From an uncultured Bacteroidales bacterium (GTDB lineage: Bacteria > Bacteroidota > Bacteroidia > Bacteroidales > UBA10428): 64,000 nucleotides of DNA. The DNA lies in NCBI GenBank assembly GCA_963705125.1, contig CAVPIY010000005.1, forward strand, positions 20,793 through 84,792, written 5' to 3'. The position numbers were made by a program, and so were the translations under genes. The notes under the pieces are model-generated. The model made no database searches, was not told the origin of the DNA, and saw nothing but the letters and a program-made list of their open reading frames with translations. Each line of letters begins with the position of its first letter. Position 1 is the stretch's first letter. Positions 9,665 to 19,651 of this stretch are shown one piece after another.

Positions 9665-10784
9665 TCATCCTGATCTTAACGATCTCTGATCTTGTTCCGA
9701 TCCTGATTGGAGCACCCCACAGGCCCAGGCCCGCAGAGACATATAAGTGAGTTTTTCCGGATTTGCGATAACCGTAGCCAAGGTCATATATCCGTGAAAC
9801 GATGTGGTTAAAGGGAAAAATCTGTCCGTTATGCGTGTGCCCGGATAAATGCAGGTCAATCTGGTTTTCAACGGACTCATCCAGTGTATGCGGCTGGTGA
9901 TCAAGCACGATCTTCGGGAGATCAGAATTTAAGCCGGACACCAGGGATGCCAGCGATTTCCGGTTTCTATTGGTTAAATCATCACGGCCGATGATGATGA
10001 TCCGGTCGGCCACGTTAACGGCCGTATCACGCAAGACATGCATCCCGGAACCTTTCAGAAAATCCAGCACCTTGTCTATTCCCGTATAATAATCATGATT
10101 TCCGGGAACGACATAAACACCATATTTGGCACGTAACCTGGCCAGGTCCTGACCCATTTTCTGTGATTCCACCGCACGATAACTGTGATCAAATATATCC
10201 CCTACAAGCAGAATAATATCCGGATTCTGGCTATTGATCAGATCAATCCATTTAACCAGCCGGCTTTTCCGGATAACATTTCCCAGATGCAGATCGCTGG
10301 CCGCGACGATGGTCAGTTCATGGTTACCGGAAACTTCCATCTTCGGGGTAAGATCGACGTCAACAACGGTGGGATTGGAGAACCGGATAAACCCGATAAG
10401 TGACATGCATCCAACGATAAGCATTACCCCACCAAAATACAAAAGCTTCACCTGGGGATAATTTGCGCTTACCCATGCCGGGTAGATATGGAAATAATGG
10501 TTGGCAACACGTAACAAATCCCCCAGGACAGCAGCAGAAATGAAAAAGAAAAACAGGATCATCCAGTATCCGCCTGCCTGCTCAAATACCATGGCAAGCC
10601 AGCCAGGCAGCTTATTGCCGGCAAAAATGGCGAGAAATATGGACAGGGACAGGACAAGGAAAATTCCCGTATAGATGGTTTGAAACAGCATTTTGTCCGG
10701 AATAGCCTGCCGGCCCCGGATAAAGAGGTATGCATTGAGAAGTATGAAGACTGAAAGGAATATCAGGAATCGGAAGAGGTTCAT
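9648..10784 (-). CDS. Membrane-anchored metallophosphoesterase (YkuE/calcineurin-like)
   Basis: 378-aa ORF. The N-terminal TM helices are followed by the phosphoesterase motifs SDLHLG, GDIFD, GNHD and GHTHNG. Confidence 0.85.
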   Translation of the reverse strand: MNLFRFLIFLSVFILLNAYLFIRGRQAIPDKMLFQTIYTGIFLVLSLSIFLAIFAGNKLPGWLAMVFEQAGGYWMILFFFFISAAVLGDLLRVANHYFHIYPAWVSANYPQVKLLYFGGVMLIVGCMSLIGFIRFSNPTVVDVDLTPKMEVSGNHELTIVAASDLHLGNVIRKSRLVKWIDLINSQNPDIILLVGDIFDHSYRAVESQKMGQDLARLRAKYGVYVVPGNHDYYTGIDKVLDFLKGSGMHVLRDTAVNVADRIIIIGRDDLTNRNRKSLASLVSGLNSDLPKIVLDHQPHTLDESVENQIDLHLSGHTHNGQIFPFNHIVSRIYDLGYGYRKSGKTHLYVSAGLGLWGAPIRIGTRSEIVKIRMNGVSN

Positions 10785-10793
10785 TGGAGAAGG

Positions 10794-10817
10794 GGTTAGG
10801 TGTTTAGGTGTTTAGGT
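10794..10817. repeat. Short octamer tandem repeat (GTGTTTAG x2 plus partial flanking copies)
   Basis: Read directly: gggttag gtgtttag gtgtttag gtaaa, in the 42-nt gap between two minus-strand genes. Confidence 0.8.
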
Positions 10818-10826
10818 AAAGAAGTA

Positions 10827-11483
10827 TTATTTCTTTTGGGAGATGATGGGGGCTTTTTTCAGATATTCGGCAGTTTCCAGGCAATCAACCATGAATCGGG
10901 CAACAGCTTTACGGCTTATGAAAGCAGAATGATTGTCCTTATCGCCAACAGCTACATCCATCTCCTCTTCCTTGTTATTCAGACCAACCGGCCGGACAAT
11001 GGTCCAGTCCAGGTCAGAATTGATCAGCAGATTTTCCTGACCGTCATGGTCTGCATAGACAATCTTCAGGTTGGTATACCTGATCATCCATTTCATGATC
11101 AGGGGCATTGTATTATAAGAATCCCCCGCACCTGCCGCGGTTTCAACTACAATCCGTTTAATGCCTTTTTCCTTCATGACCGTTATGATATTTCTCATAC
11201 AATCGGTCATCAGCGTGGGCGGATTGATGACCTTTGCCCACAGACCGTCAGATTTCCTCGGATTATTCAAAGCACTCACAACGGTATCGCAACCCTGGAT
11301 TGCCTTTCTGATATCGATCATTTCAGTTGGAGTACCCTGGATCATCGTTAAGTTTTCTGACTCTAAACCGAGTTTTCCGGGATCACGAACCAGCGCTGTA
11401 ACATGGTATCCCTTCGACAGGGCATACCTTAATATCTGTTTGCCGGTTCTTCCGGAAGCGCCGAGTAGCAAAACATTCTTCAT
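10827..11483 (-). CDS. NAD(P)H-binding (NmrA/atypical SDR-like) protein
   Basis: 218-aa ORF starting with the Rossmann motif MKNVLLLGASGRTGKQIL. Confidence 0.75.
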   Translation of the reverse strand: MKNVLLLGASGRTGKQILRYALSKGYHVTALVRDPGKLGLESENLTMIQGTPTEMIDIRKAIQGCDTVVSALNNPRKSDGLWAKVINPPTLMTDCMRNIITVMKEKGIKRIVVETAAGAGDSYNTMPLIMKWMIRYTNLKIVYADHDGQENLLINSDLDWTIVRPVGLNNKEEEMDVAVGDKDNHSAFISRKAVARFMVDCLETAEYLKKAPIISQKK

Positions 11484-11522
11484 GGCTGATGTTTAACAAA
11501 TAACAACAAAGTTAATGAAAGG

Positions 11523-13895
11523 TTGAAAAAAATCCCCGGGTCACCCGGTTTCCCTGATCCGGATATGCTAATTTTAACCCCCATGGAAAAATTTCTGCAG
11601 GAACTTAACAGCGCACAATATGAGGCGGTTGTCAACATGACCGGCCCTTCCCTGGTCATTGCCGGAGCAGGATCGGGCAAGACCCGCGTGCTGACCTACC
11701 GGGTGGCATACCTGCTGAACCAGGGAGTCCGCCCAGGTGATATTATCTGTCTTACCTTTACCAACAAGGCAGCCCGGGAGATGAAGGAGCGTATCGCCCG
11801 GCTGGTAGGCGAGGAACTCTCAAGGTATGTATGGATGGGCACATTTCACAGCATTTTTGCCCGCATTCTGCGCACCGAATCGGAGTTCCTGGGATATCCC
11901 TCAACCTATACCATTTACGATACGATTGATTCCAAAAGTCTGGTCAAATCCATCATCCACGAAATGCAACTTGATGACCAGCGATATAAACCAGGTGAAG
12001 TGCTGGGCCGGATCTCCTGGGCAAAGAATAACCTGATTACCCCGCAGGGATATAAAAACCATGCCCAGATCACATCAAACGACAACATCACCCGCCGCCC
12101 GCAACTGGGTGAGATATACCAGTCCTATTGCATCCGCTGCAAAAAATCAGGTGCCATGGATTTTGACGACCTGCTGCTCAACACGAACATCCTGTTCCGT
12201 GATTTTCCGGCGATCCTTGTCAAATACCAGGAAAAATTCCGGTATGTGCTGGTGGATGAATACCAGGACACCAATCATGCACAGTATCTCATTGTCAATA
12301 AACTGGTTGCCCGGCACCACAACGTATGCGTGGTGGGAGATGACGCCCAGAGCATTTATTCCTTCCGGGGTGCAAGGATCGAGAACATCCTCCACTTCCA
12401 GAGCGATTATCCCGAACACAGGCTGTTCAAACTGGAGCAAAACTACCGGTCGACCAAAACCATAGTTGACGCGGCCAACAGCCTCATTGCCAAAAATAAC
12501 GGTCAGATCAGGAAGACCGTGTGGTCTGATAATGAAACCGGTCAGAAGCTCAGGGTGATCAGTTGCCTCACGGACATGGAAGAAGGATTCTTTGTTTCGA
12601 ACAGCATTCTTGACTCGAGTCTGTCGGACCAGCAGCAATTCAGTGATTTTGCCATTCTCTATCGTACCAATGCCCAGTCGAGGATCTTCGAAGAGGCCCT
12701 GCGCAAGCGCAATATTCCTTACCGCGTCTATGGCGGTGTATCTTTCTACCAGCGTAAAGAGATCAAGGATATGCTGGCCTATCTTCGCCTGGCGGTTAAC
12801 CAAAACGATGACGAAGCAATGAAACGCATCATCAACTATCCGGCCCGGGGTATTGGTGATGTGACAGTTGAGAAACTTGAAACCTATGCGGCAAAAGGGG
12901 GGATCAGCATCATGCAGGCCATTGATGACGCCGGCTTAGCCGGTCTCGGGATCAGCCGGGGCACAGTTGTCAAGCTCCAGGCCTTTGCCGGAATGATCAC
13001 CGGCTTCTCCCTGAAAGCAGCTGAAATGAATGCTTTTGAGGCGGTTACGCATATATCCATTGCTTCGGGCATCCGCAAAGATCTTTACAACGGGAATACA
13101 CCCGAAGAGCGCAGCCGGTACGAAAATCTGGAAGAATTGCTGAATGGCATCAAGGAATTCACGGAATCAGCCGTGAACGACAACAAAACCGCCACCCTCG
13201 TAGATTATCTGGAAAATGTATCCCTCCTCACCGATCTGGACAATGACAAACCCGGGGACAGGAACAAGGTTACCATAATGACCATGCATTCGGCCAAGGG
13301 ACTTGAATTTAACAATGTTTATATAGTTGGTGTAGAGGAAGAGCTGTTTCCGGCAAAAAGGTCATTCGAATCACCGGAAGAGATGGAGGAAGAACGGCGC
13401 CTCTTCTATGTAGCCATTACCAGAGCCCGTAAACGGGTATATATCAGCTTCGCCCAGAACCGGTACCGCTGGGGCACACCTTCTACCTGCCAGCCCAGCC
13501 GCTTTTTACAGGATATCGATACAAAATACCTTGAATTACCGGGGGAAAGTACGCCGCGACAAACGTTGAGGCGATATAGCCACGAGGATACCTGGGACAA
13601 CAACTATACAGCCAAATCCATGGCCAAACCCACCCCTGTCAAATCCATTCCTGTCACACAGAAGAAGCAGATCCTGATACGAAAGCCGGCCGATGCGGAT
13701 TTTATGCCCGATAATCCCGACCTTGTCCAGAGTGGTATGAAGGTGGAGCACAACCTCTTTGGCATCGGAAAGGTTCTGCAGATCGAGGGCATTTCACCCA
13801 ACCGGAAAGCCACTGTCTTTTTTCAGGAACAGGGGGAGGAGAAACAGCTGCTGCTGAAGTTTGCTAAACTGAGGATAGTGACGAGTAATGAGTGA
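11523..13895 (+). CDS. UvrD/PcrA/Rep-family ATP-dependent DNA helicase
   Basis: 790-aa ORF carrying Walker A (AGAGSGKTRVLT), motif II (VLVDEYQDTN), and the TMHSAKGLEF and FYVAITRAR motifs. The probable start is MEKFLQ at 11583. Confidence 0.9.
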   Translation: MKKIPGSPGFPDPDMLILTPMEKFLQELNSAQYEAVVNMTGPSLVIAGAGSGKTRVLTYRVAYLLNQGVRPGDIICLTFTNKAAREMKERIARLVGEELSRYVWMGTFHSIFARILRTESEFLGYPSTYTIYDTIDSKSLVKSIIHEMQLDDQRYKPGEVLGRISWAKNNLITPQGYKNHAQITSNDNITRRPQLGEIYQSYCIRCKKSGAMDFDDLLLNTNILFRDFPAILVKYQEKFRYVLVDEYQDTNHAQYLIVNKLVARHHNVCVVGDDAQSIYSFRGARIENILHFQSDYPEHRLFKLEQNYRSTKTIVDAANSLIAKNNGQIRKTVWSDNETGQKLRVISCLTDMEEGFFVSNSILDSSLSDQQQFSDFAILYRTNAQSRIFEEALRKRNIPYRVYGGVSFYQRKEIKDMLAYLRLAVNQNDDEAMKRIINYPARGIGDVTVEKLETYAAKGGISIMQAIDDAGLAGLGISRGTVVKLQAFAGMITGFSLKAAEMNAFEAVTHISIASGIRKDLYNGNTPEERSRYENLEELLNGIKEFTESAVNDNKTATLVDYLENVSLLTDLDNDKPGDRNKVTIMTMHSAKGLEFNNVYIVGVEEELFPAKRSFESPEEMEEERRLFYVAITRARKRVYISFAQNRYRWGTPSTCQPSRFLQDIDTKYLELPGESTPRQTLRRYSHEDTWDNNYTAKSMAKPTPVKSIPVTQKKQILIRKPADADFMPDNPDLVQSGMKVEHNLFGIGKVLQIEGISPNRKATVFFQEQGEEKQLLLKFAKLRIVTSNE

Positions 13896-14012
13896 AGAGT
13901 AATGAGCGGGTGAAGAGAGTTGGGCACGGGTTGTGAAACAGCCTGGATATAAAGGAATGACACACCCAAATCTCTTATCCCACCCGTTACTCGTTACCCG
14001 TTACTCGTTACT
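13880..14012. repeat. Long imperfect palindrome built from heptamer units (GAGTAAT/GAGTGAA ... GTTACTC/GTTACCC); possible terminator of the helicase gene
   Basis: The left arm is gacgagtaatgagtgaagagtaatgagcgggtgaagagagttgggcac. The right arm is cacccaaatctcttatcccacccgttactcgttacccgttactcgttact. By eye, the reverse complement of the right arm aligns to the left arm with mismatches and gaps. Confidence 0.6.
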
Positions 14013-14079
14013 GTAAAATAATGCCCGCATTATTTTGAAGTAGCCGAATTTTTACTATAGCTTTGTCAAAAATACAGTT

Positions 14080-14700
14080 ATGGATTACGATTACAACACA
14101 AGCCGGCCCAGGCTGATACTGCCTGAATATGGCAGGAATATCCAGAAAATGGTTGAACATATTATGTCGGTTGCTGACCGTGAAGAGAGAAACAGGCTGG
14201 CCCAGGCTGTTATCATCATCATGGGAAATATGAACCCGCACCTCCGCGATATCAACGATTTCAAACACAAATTGTGGGACCACCTGGCTATCATGTCGGA
14301 TTTCCAGCTCGATATTGACTATCCTTACGAGATTCCGCGACCCGAAGAATTTACCGAAAAACCCCGTCAGGTAAGTTATAACATAAAAGAGACCAAATAC
14401 AGGCATTATGGCCACATCGTGGAAAGCCTGATCACTGAGGCTGTGAAGCTGCCGGAAGGCGAAGATAAGGATACCCTTACCCGGCTAATCGCCAACCACA
14501 TGAAAAAATCCTACCTGACCTGGAACCGCGATTCGGTAACCGATGAGATCATTTTCAACGACCTGTTCGAAATATCAGGAAGGCGGCTGACTGTAAAGGA
14601 AGGGCTGAAGCTCAGCGATCAGAAAGACTTTCAGAAAGGAAAACAACAACAGCAACAGCGTAAACGCATGCAAATGCAGCAACGCAAAAAAATCCAGTAA
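14080..14700 (+). CDS. DUF4290-domain protein
   Basis: 206-aa ORF. The N-terminus is RLILPEYGRNIQKMVEHI...NRLAQAVIIIMGNMNP, and the tail is Gln/Lys-rich. It sits immediately upstream of murA, as is usual in Bacteroidota. Confidence 0.7.
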   Translation: MDYDYNTSRPRLILPEYGRNIQKMVEHIMSVADREERNRLAQAVIIIMGNMNPHLRDINDFKHKLWDHLAIMSDFQLDIDYPYEIPRPEEFTEKPRQVSYNIKETKYRHYGHIVESLITEAVKLPEGEDKDTLTRLIANHMKKSYLTWNRDSVTDEIIFNDLFEISGRRLTVKEGLKLSDQKDFQKGKQQQQQRKRMQMQQRKKIQ

Positions 14701-14717
14701 CCCCTCAGGGCCCTCCC

Positions 14718-16025
14718 ATGACTTCCTTCAGTGTAACCGGTGGCAGGCGGCTCAGTGGACAGATCACACCTCAGGGTGCAAAAAATGAAGCCTTACAGGT
14801 GATCTGTGCCACACTGCTGACTCCGGAGAAGGTGATCATCCACAATATTCCGGATATCCTGGACGTAAGGAATCTGATCGAGCTGATCGGATCACTTGGT
14901 GTTGAAGTGATCAGGCTCTCAGAGCACTCCTATAGTTTTACAGCACACGAAGTGAACATCGATTTCCTGCTTAACAATGAATTCAGGCAGCGAAGTGGCA
15001 GCCTGCGGGGCTCACTGATGATCATCGGTCCGCTTCTGGCCCGGTTTGGCAAGGGCTATATTCCGCGTCCGGGTGGCGATAAGATCGGCCGCAGACGGAT
15101 GGATACGCATATTAACGGATTGGTGAGCCTGGGTGCCACTTTTGATTATGAATATACCCAGGAGTTCTATAAATTACATGCCGAAAAACTCACCGGGTGC
15201 AACCTGCTGCTTGAAGAAGCTTCCGTTACCGGGACAGCAAATATTCTCATGGCTGCTGCACTGGCCAGGGGAAAAACCACCATTTACCATGCTGCCTGCG
15301 AACCTTATGTCCAGCAGCTTTGTCACATGCTCAACCGTATGGGCGCCAGGGTATCGGGTATCGGATCAAACCTGCTTGCCATTGATGGGGTGGATCACCT
15401 TGGAGGTTGTGAACACACCCTGTTGCCGGATATGATTGAGATTGGCTCATTTATTGGACTGGCAGCCATGACGCGCTCGGAGATTACCATAAAGAACGTG
15501 TCCTGGGAAAACCTCGGCATTATTCCGGCCGTGTTTCGCAGGATCGGAATTGCATTCGAACGGCGCGGAGATGATATTTATGTTCCGGGAAAGCCCCATT
15601 ATCAGGTGGATACTTTTATCGATGGCTCCATTCTCACCATTGACGATGCTCCCTGGCCGGGATTTACGCCCGATCTGATCAGCGTGGTTCTGGTGGTGGC
15701 AACCCAGGCCCGAGGCAGTGTATTGATACACCAGAAGATGTTCGAAAGCCGGCTTTTTTTCGTGGATAAGCTTATTGATATGGGCGCCCAGATCATACTG
15801 TGCGATCCGCACAGGGCTACCGTGATCGGGCAGGATAATAAAATAAAGCTTAGAGCTACAACCATGACCTCTCCCGATATCAGGGCCGGAGTGGCCTTGC
15901 TTATTGCAGCCCTTTCAGCTGAAGGCACCAGCATCATCCATAACATTGACCAGATTGACCGGGGTTATGAGCAGATAGATATCCGTCTTAATGCATTGGG
16001 TGCTGACATACACCGTATTGGATGA
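14718..16025 (+). CDS. murA: UDP-N-acetylglucosamine 1-carboxyvinyltransferase
   Basis: 435-aa ORF with QGAKNEALQVICATLL, PGGDKIGRRRMDTH and FTPDL..V motifs. Length is typical of MurA. Confidence 0.92.
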   Translation: MTSFSVTGGRRLSGQITPQGAKNEALQVICATLLTPEKVIIHNIPDILDVRNLIELIGSLGVEVIRLSEHSYSFTAHEVNIDFLLNNEFRQRSGSLRGSLMIIGPLLARFGKGYIPRPGGDKIGRRRMDTHINGLVSLGATFDYEYTQEFYKLHAEKLTGCNLLLEEASVTGTANILMAAALARGKTTIYHAACEPYVQQLCHMLNRMGARVSGIGSNLLAIDGVDHLGGCEHTLLPDMIEIGSFIGLAAMTRSEITIKNVSWENLGIIPAVFRRIGIAFERRGDDIYVPGKPHYQVDTFIDGSILTIDDAPWPGFTPDLISVVLVVATQARGSVLIHQKMFESRLFFVDKLIDMGAQIILCDPHRATVIGQDNKIKLRATTMTSPDIRAGVALLIAALSAEGTSIIHNIDQIDRGYEQIDIRLNALGADIHRIG

Positions 16026-16078
16026 CCCATATATTGCATTACCTGTTCATATCAGGGATTGAATAATAAGAATGTATC

Positions 16079-18088
16079 ATGTTTCTTTTTCTGGTTGTTT
16101 CCGTTCTGATCTTCACCATCTTAATTGTCCTGGTTAAGGAAAGGCACAAAGGTACAGTGGCATTATCCGGTGTACTGGTGAATGCAGTACTCAGCTCATC
16201 GATTGCCATTGGTGCCCTGCAGGGACATCCCTGGTCTGAAACGGTTCAAGGCGGGAATGTATTCGGAGAAATACCGATCAGGGTCGATGGACTTTCAGCC
16301 TGGTTCATCCTGCTGACCAATTTCACTATGATTACCGGAATCTTGTATGGCCGTCAATACCTGAAGAAATGCAATGCTCTGCCGGCAAACCTCAGTCTTC
16401 ATTATATTAGCTACATCCTGAATCAGGCAGCACTCACCGGTGTGTTCTTTATCCAGCACGGGCTGGCCTTTATCTGCACATGGGAGATCACAGCGCTGTC
16501 CGCCTTTATTATGGTGATCTTTGAACATGGCCGGATGGAAACACTGAAAGCCGGTATCAATTATCTGATCCAGTCACATATCAGCATCATCTTCCTTACC
16601 CTTGGCTTTATCTGGGTATATTCTTCCACCGGTTCATTCGATTTCTCAGCCATAAGCGATTACAGCAATGCGGGTGCACCGGAAGCCGGATTGATTTTGT
16701 TCCTTGCCTTTTTTGTCGGTTTTGCCATCAAGGCCGGTTTTGTACCCTTTCATACCTGGCTGCCACTTGCCCATCCCGCCGCACCCTCCCATGTTTCCGG
16801 TATCATGTCGGGTGTCATCATTAAGGCCGGAATTTATGGCATCCTGCGGATGCTTATGCTGATCCCTGATAATCATCTTGTGCTGGGTTATTGTATTCTC
16901 ATCATATCCTTTATCTCGGGTATTTATGGTGTCATGCTTGCTATTCTTCAGCATAATATTAAAAAACTATTGGCCTATCACAGCATTGAGAATATAGGCA
17001 TCATCGGTATCGGGATAGGCATTGGGGCCATCGGAACCGGACTGGGACAGCCCTTTCTGGCTTATGCCGGATATGGGGGGGCCCTGCTTCATACACTGAA
17101 CCATTCCCTGTTCAAATCCCTGCTGTTTTACAGCACCGGAAATGTTTACCAGGCCACCCATTCCGTTCATATTGAACACATGGGCGGACTGATCAAAAAA
17201 ATGCCCCGGACAGCCATTCTCTTTCTGTTAGCTGCACTGGCCATATGCGGACTTCCGCCCTTTAACGGTTTCATTTCCGAATTTCTCATTTATACCGGTC
17301 TGTACGGGGCAATGGGCACTCATCAAATATCAGCTGTTGTGATAGTCCTTGTCATCGGAGGTCTGGCCTTGATAGGTGGTCTGGCCCTGCTTTGCTTTAC
17401 CAAAGCATTCGGCATCATTTTCCTGGGAACAGCAAGAAACCGGCAAAGCGGTTTGGCTACGGAAGCCTCTTCAGCTATGATGTATCCCAATTATCTGGTA
17501 GCCCTTCTGATCATGATGATCGGACTGTTCCCCGGACTTTTCATCAACCTGCTCCAGAAACCGGTTGAGGGTCTTTCAGGCATTACACTGACCCTGCAAT
17601 ATTCCGAACTTACAGATCTGATGCAAAGGATCAGTTACTCCGTATGGGGTCTGATCCTGCTAACTGTTGTTCTGTTTTACATCCGGAAAATCGTGACCGG
17701 CAGGAAACCAGTCAACATGCAACCTACCTGGGGTTGCGGTTACACGACTGCATCACCTGCCATGCAATATACAGCCAATTCATTTGTGCGTTCTTATACC
17801 AAGCTCATCAAACCCCTTATTATCATGAATAAGACCAGGGATGAAATTCCGGATATCATCCCGGCCCCCATCCTGGCCGAAACGCATTATCACGACAAAA
17901 TTGAAACGGGTCTGATCGACTGGCCGGTAAGAAACCTGAAAGGATTTCTCAGGAGGTTTAAAATCCTCCAGAACGGCAGTGTACAGTTTTACGTGCTGTA
18001 TGGTGTGGTCTTTATTGCCATCAGCATTACCATACCGCTCATCTTTTTTGCAGGACAATACCTGATACAATTGCTGAAACAGTTATAA
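16079..18088 (+). CDS. HyfB/HycC-like antiporter-type membrane subunit (NuoL/M/N family) of a hydrogenase-related complex
   Basis: 669-aa polytopic ORF. It retains the conserved TM5 Glu (TWEITAL, Glu136 at 16484-16486) and the TM7 Lys context (AIKAGFVPFHTWLP, Lys218 at 16730-16732). The HyfB-type C-terminal extension is present (PTWGCGY...MQYTANSF). Confidence 0.85.
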   Translation: MFLFLVVSVLIFTILIVLVKERHKGTVALSGVLVNAVLSSSIAIGALQGHPWSETVQGGNVFGEIPIRVDGLSAWFILLTNFTMITGILYGRQYLKKCNALPANLSLHYISYILNQAALTGVFFIQHGLAFICTWEITALSAFIMVIFEHGRMETLKAGINYLIQSHISIIFLTLGFIWVYSSTGSFDFSAISDYSNAGAPEAGLILFLAFFVGFAIKAGFVPFHTWLPLAHPAAPSHVSGIMSGVIIKAGIYGILRMLMLIPDNHLVLGYCILIISFISGIYGVMLAILQHNIKKLLAYHSIENIGIIGIGIGIGAIGTGLGQPFLAYAGYGGALLHTLNHSLFKSLLFYSTGNVYQATHSVHIEHMGGLIKKMPRTAILFLLAALAICGLPPFNGFISEFLIYTGLYGAMGTHQISAVVIVLVIGGLALIGGLALLCFTKAFGIIFLGTARNRQSGLATEASSAMMYPNYLVALLIMMIGLFPGLFINLLQKPVEGLSGITLTLQYSELTDLMQRISYSVWGLILLTVVLFYIRKIVTGRKPVNMQPTWGCGYTTASPAMQYTANSFVRSYTKLIKPLIIMNKTRDEIPDIIPAPILAETHYHDKIETGLIDWPVRNLKGFLRRFKILQNGSVQFYVLYGVVFIAISITIPLIFFAGQYLIQLLKQL

Positions 18089-18090
18089 TC

Positions 18091-19005
18091 ATGCAAGTAC
18101 TAAGCCTGTTGCTGATCATCATGACCAGTCTGTTCTTTACCGGGATCGTCATCCGGGCAAAAAGCATATTCTCAGGCGGAAAGGGCCCCGGGATACTCCA
18201 GCCAATGCGGGACATAATCCGTTCATTCCGGAAAGGATCGGTTTTCAGCCAAACCAGCAGCATCATTTTTCAGCTGGCCCCTGTCATCTATTTTGCCAGC
18301 CTCCTCATGGCCATCCTGTTTATACCTTTTGGCAATCAGCCGGGGATCATTTCATTCAAGGGGGATTTTGTGCTGTTTGCCTATATACTTGCATTGGGTA
18401 AGTTCTTCATGATCATTGCAGCGCTCGATACAGGAAGCAGCTTCGAAGGCATGGGAGCCAGCAGGGAAGCTCTCTTCTCCATGCTGGTTGAACCTGCTTT
18501 TTTTATGCTTATGGGCTCACTGTCTCTGCTAACCGGATATACTTCCTTTGCGGGTATATTCAGTGCCCTGCATTTCGGCTCCTACACGTCTTACGGTATA
18601 GGCATTCTGGCTTCATTTGTGTTCATCACCATTGCACTCATTGAAAACAGCCGCATGCCGGTGGATGATCCGAAAACCCACCTGGAACTGACCATGGTGC
18701 ATGAAGTGATGATCCTCGATAACAGCGGATTCGACCTCGGACTGATCATGTATGCCATAAACCTCAAATTTGCCCTGTACGGGGCCATTATTGCCAATTT
18801 TTTTCTTACCCCCGGATTTCAGCTGTATTATTCCATTCCGATTTATATTGCGGTGCAGGTGGTTTTTGCTATCCTGGTCGGTGTAATCGAATCATTTTCC
18901 GCGCGGTTCAGGATGAATCACAACCCGCAGTTCATCCTGATGTTCACTTCCATCTCCCTGCTTATTTTCCTGGGTGTATTGCTGATGCTTGGTAAAATCA
19001 TATAA
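18091..19005 (+). CDS. HyfC/HycD-like (NuoH-family) membrane subunit
   Basis: 304-aa polytopic ORF starting 2 nt after the preceding stop. NuoH/HycD-like motifs are present (GPGILQP.RD, ENSRMPVDDPKTHLELTMVHE). Confidence 0.8.
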   Translation: MQVLSLLLIIMTSLFFTGIVIRAKSIFSGGKGPGILQPMRDIIRSFRKGSVFSQTSSIIFQLAPVIYFASLLMAILFIPFGNQPGIISFKGDFVLFAYILALGKFFMIIAALDTGSSFEGMGASREALFSMLVEPAFFMLMGSLSLLTGYTSFAGIFSALHFGSYTSYGIGILASFVFITIALIENSRMPVDDPKTHLELTMVHEVMILDNSGFDLGLIMYAINLKFALYGAIIANFFLTPGFQLYYSIPIYIAVQVVFAILVGVIESFSARFRMNHNPQFILMFTSISLLIFLGVLLMLGKII

Positions 19006-19016
19006 CCCGGATAACC

Positions 19017-19646
19017 ATGATTAACATTTTGCTGATAACCTTTACAATTACCCTCATATATATCGGCATGGCGAACCGGTTATTGACCTATATCCGGCTT
19101 ATCGCATTTCAGGGATTTCTGCTTTTCGGGGTGGCCTTTATTGAACTGATCGAGATCAATATGATAAACCTCATCTTTGTTCTGCTCGAGACCATTGTCA
19201 TCAAAGCCATTGCCATTCCGTTTTTCCTTAAATATATTCTCGACCGGAACAACATCACCCGGGAAGCTGAACCCTTTGTATCCAATTTCGTCTCTGTTGT
19301 CATCATAACAGGCATTATACTGGGATCATTTTTCCTGTCCGGCCTCGTGCAGGAAAACCAGGTCGGAAACATGTATTTCACCGTAGCTCTCTCCGCCCTG
19401 TTTACAGGTTTGTATATCATCATAACCCGGCGTAAGATCATCACACATGTTATGGGCTATATGGTCCTTGAAAACGGTGTTTTTGTCCTTTCCCTGGCTG
19501 TAGGGAGTAAAATGCCCATGGTGGTCAACACCGGTATCCTGCTGGATATTTTTGTAAGTGTGATCCTGCTTGGCATTTTCGCGGATAAAATCGGAGATGT
19601 ATTTGATGAACAAGATGTTGGACAGTTAAGAAACCTGAAAGACTGA
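19017..19646 (+). CDS. HyfE-like (NuoK-related) small membrane subunit
   Basis: 209-aa hydrophobic ORF. Its position and size match hydrogenase-4 component E. Confidence 0.7.
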   Translation: MINILLITFTITLIYIGMANRLLTYIRLIAFQGFLLFGVAFIELIEINMINLIFVLLETIVIKAIAIPFFLKYILDRNNITREAEPFVSNFVSVVIITGIILGSFFLSGLVQENQVGNMYFTVALSALFTGLYIIITRRKIITHVMGYMVLENGVFVLSLAVGSKMPMVVNTGILLDIFVSVILLGIFADKIGDVFDEQDVGQLRNLKD

Positions 19647-19651
19647 ACAAT

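Noticed and set aside
12147-12803. Long antisense shadow ORFs inside well-supported genes: 12147..12803, 21322..22143, 25107..25907, 24965..25564, 29729..30529, 32980..33804, 35524..36078, 43873..44493, 47693..48190, 53772..54508 and 60224..60691.
   Set aside because: Each lies entirely within a gene on the opposite strand that has clear family motifs. Their translations are low-complexity or Arg/Pro/Gly-rich, as expected for antisense frames, and they show no recognisable domains.
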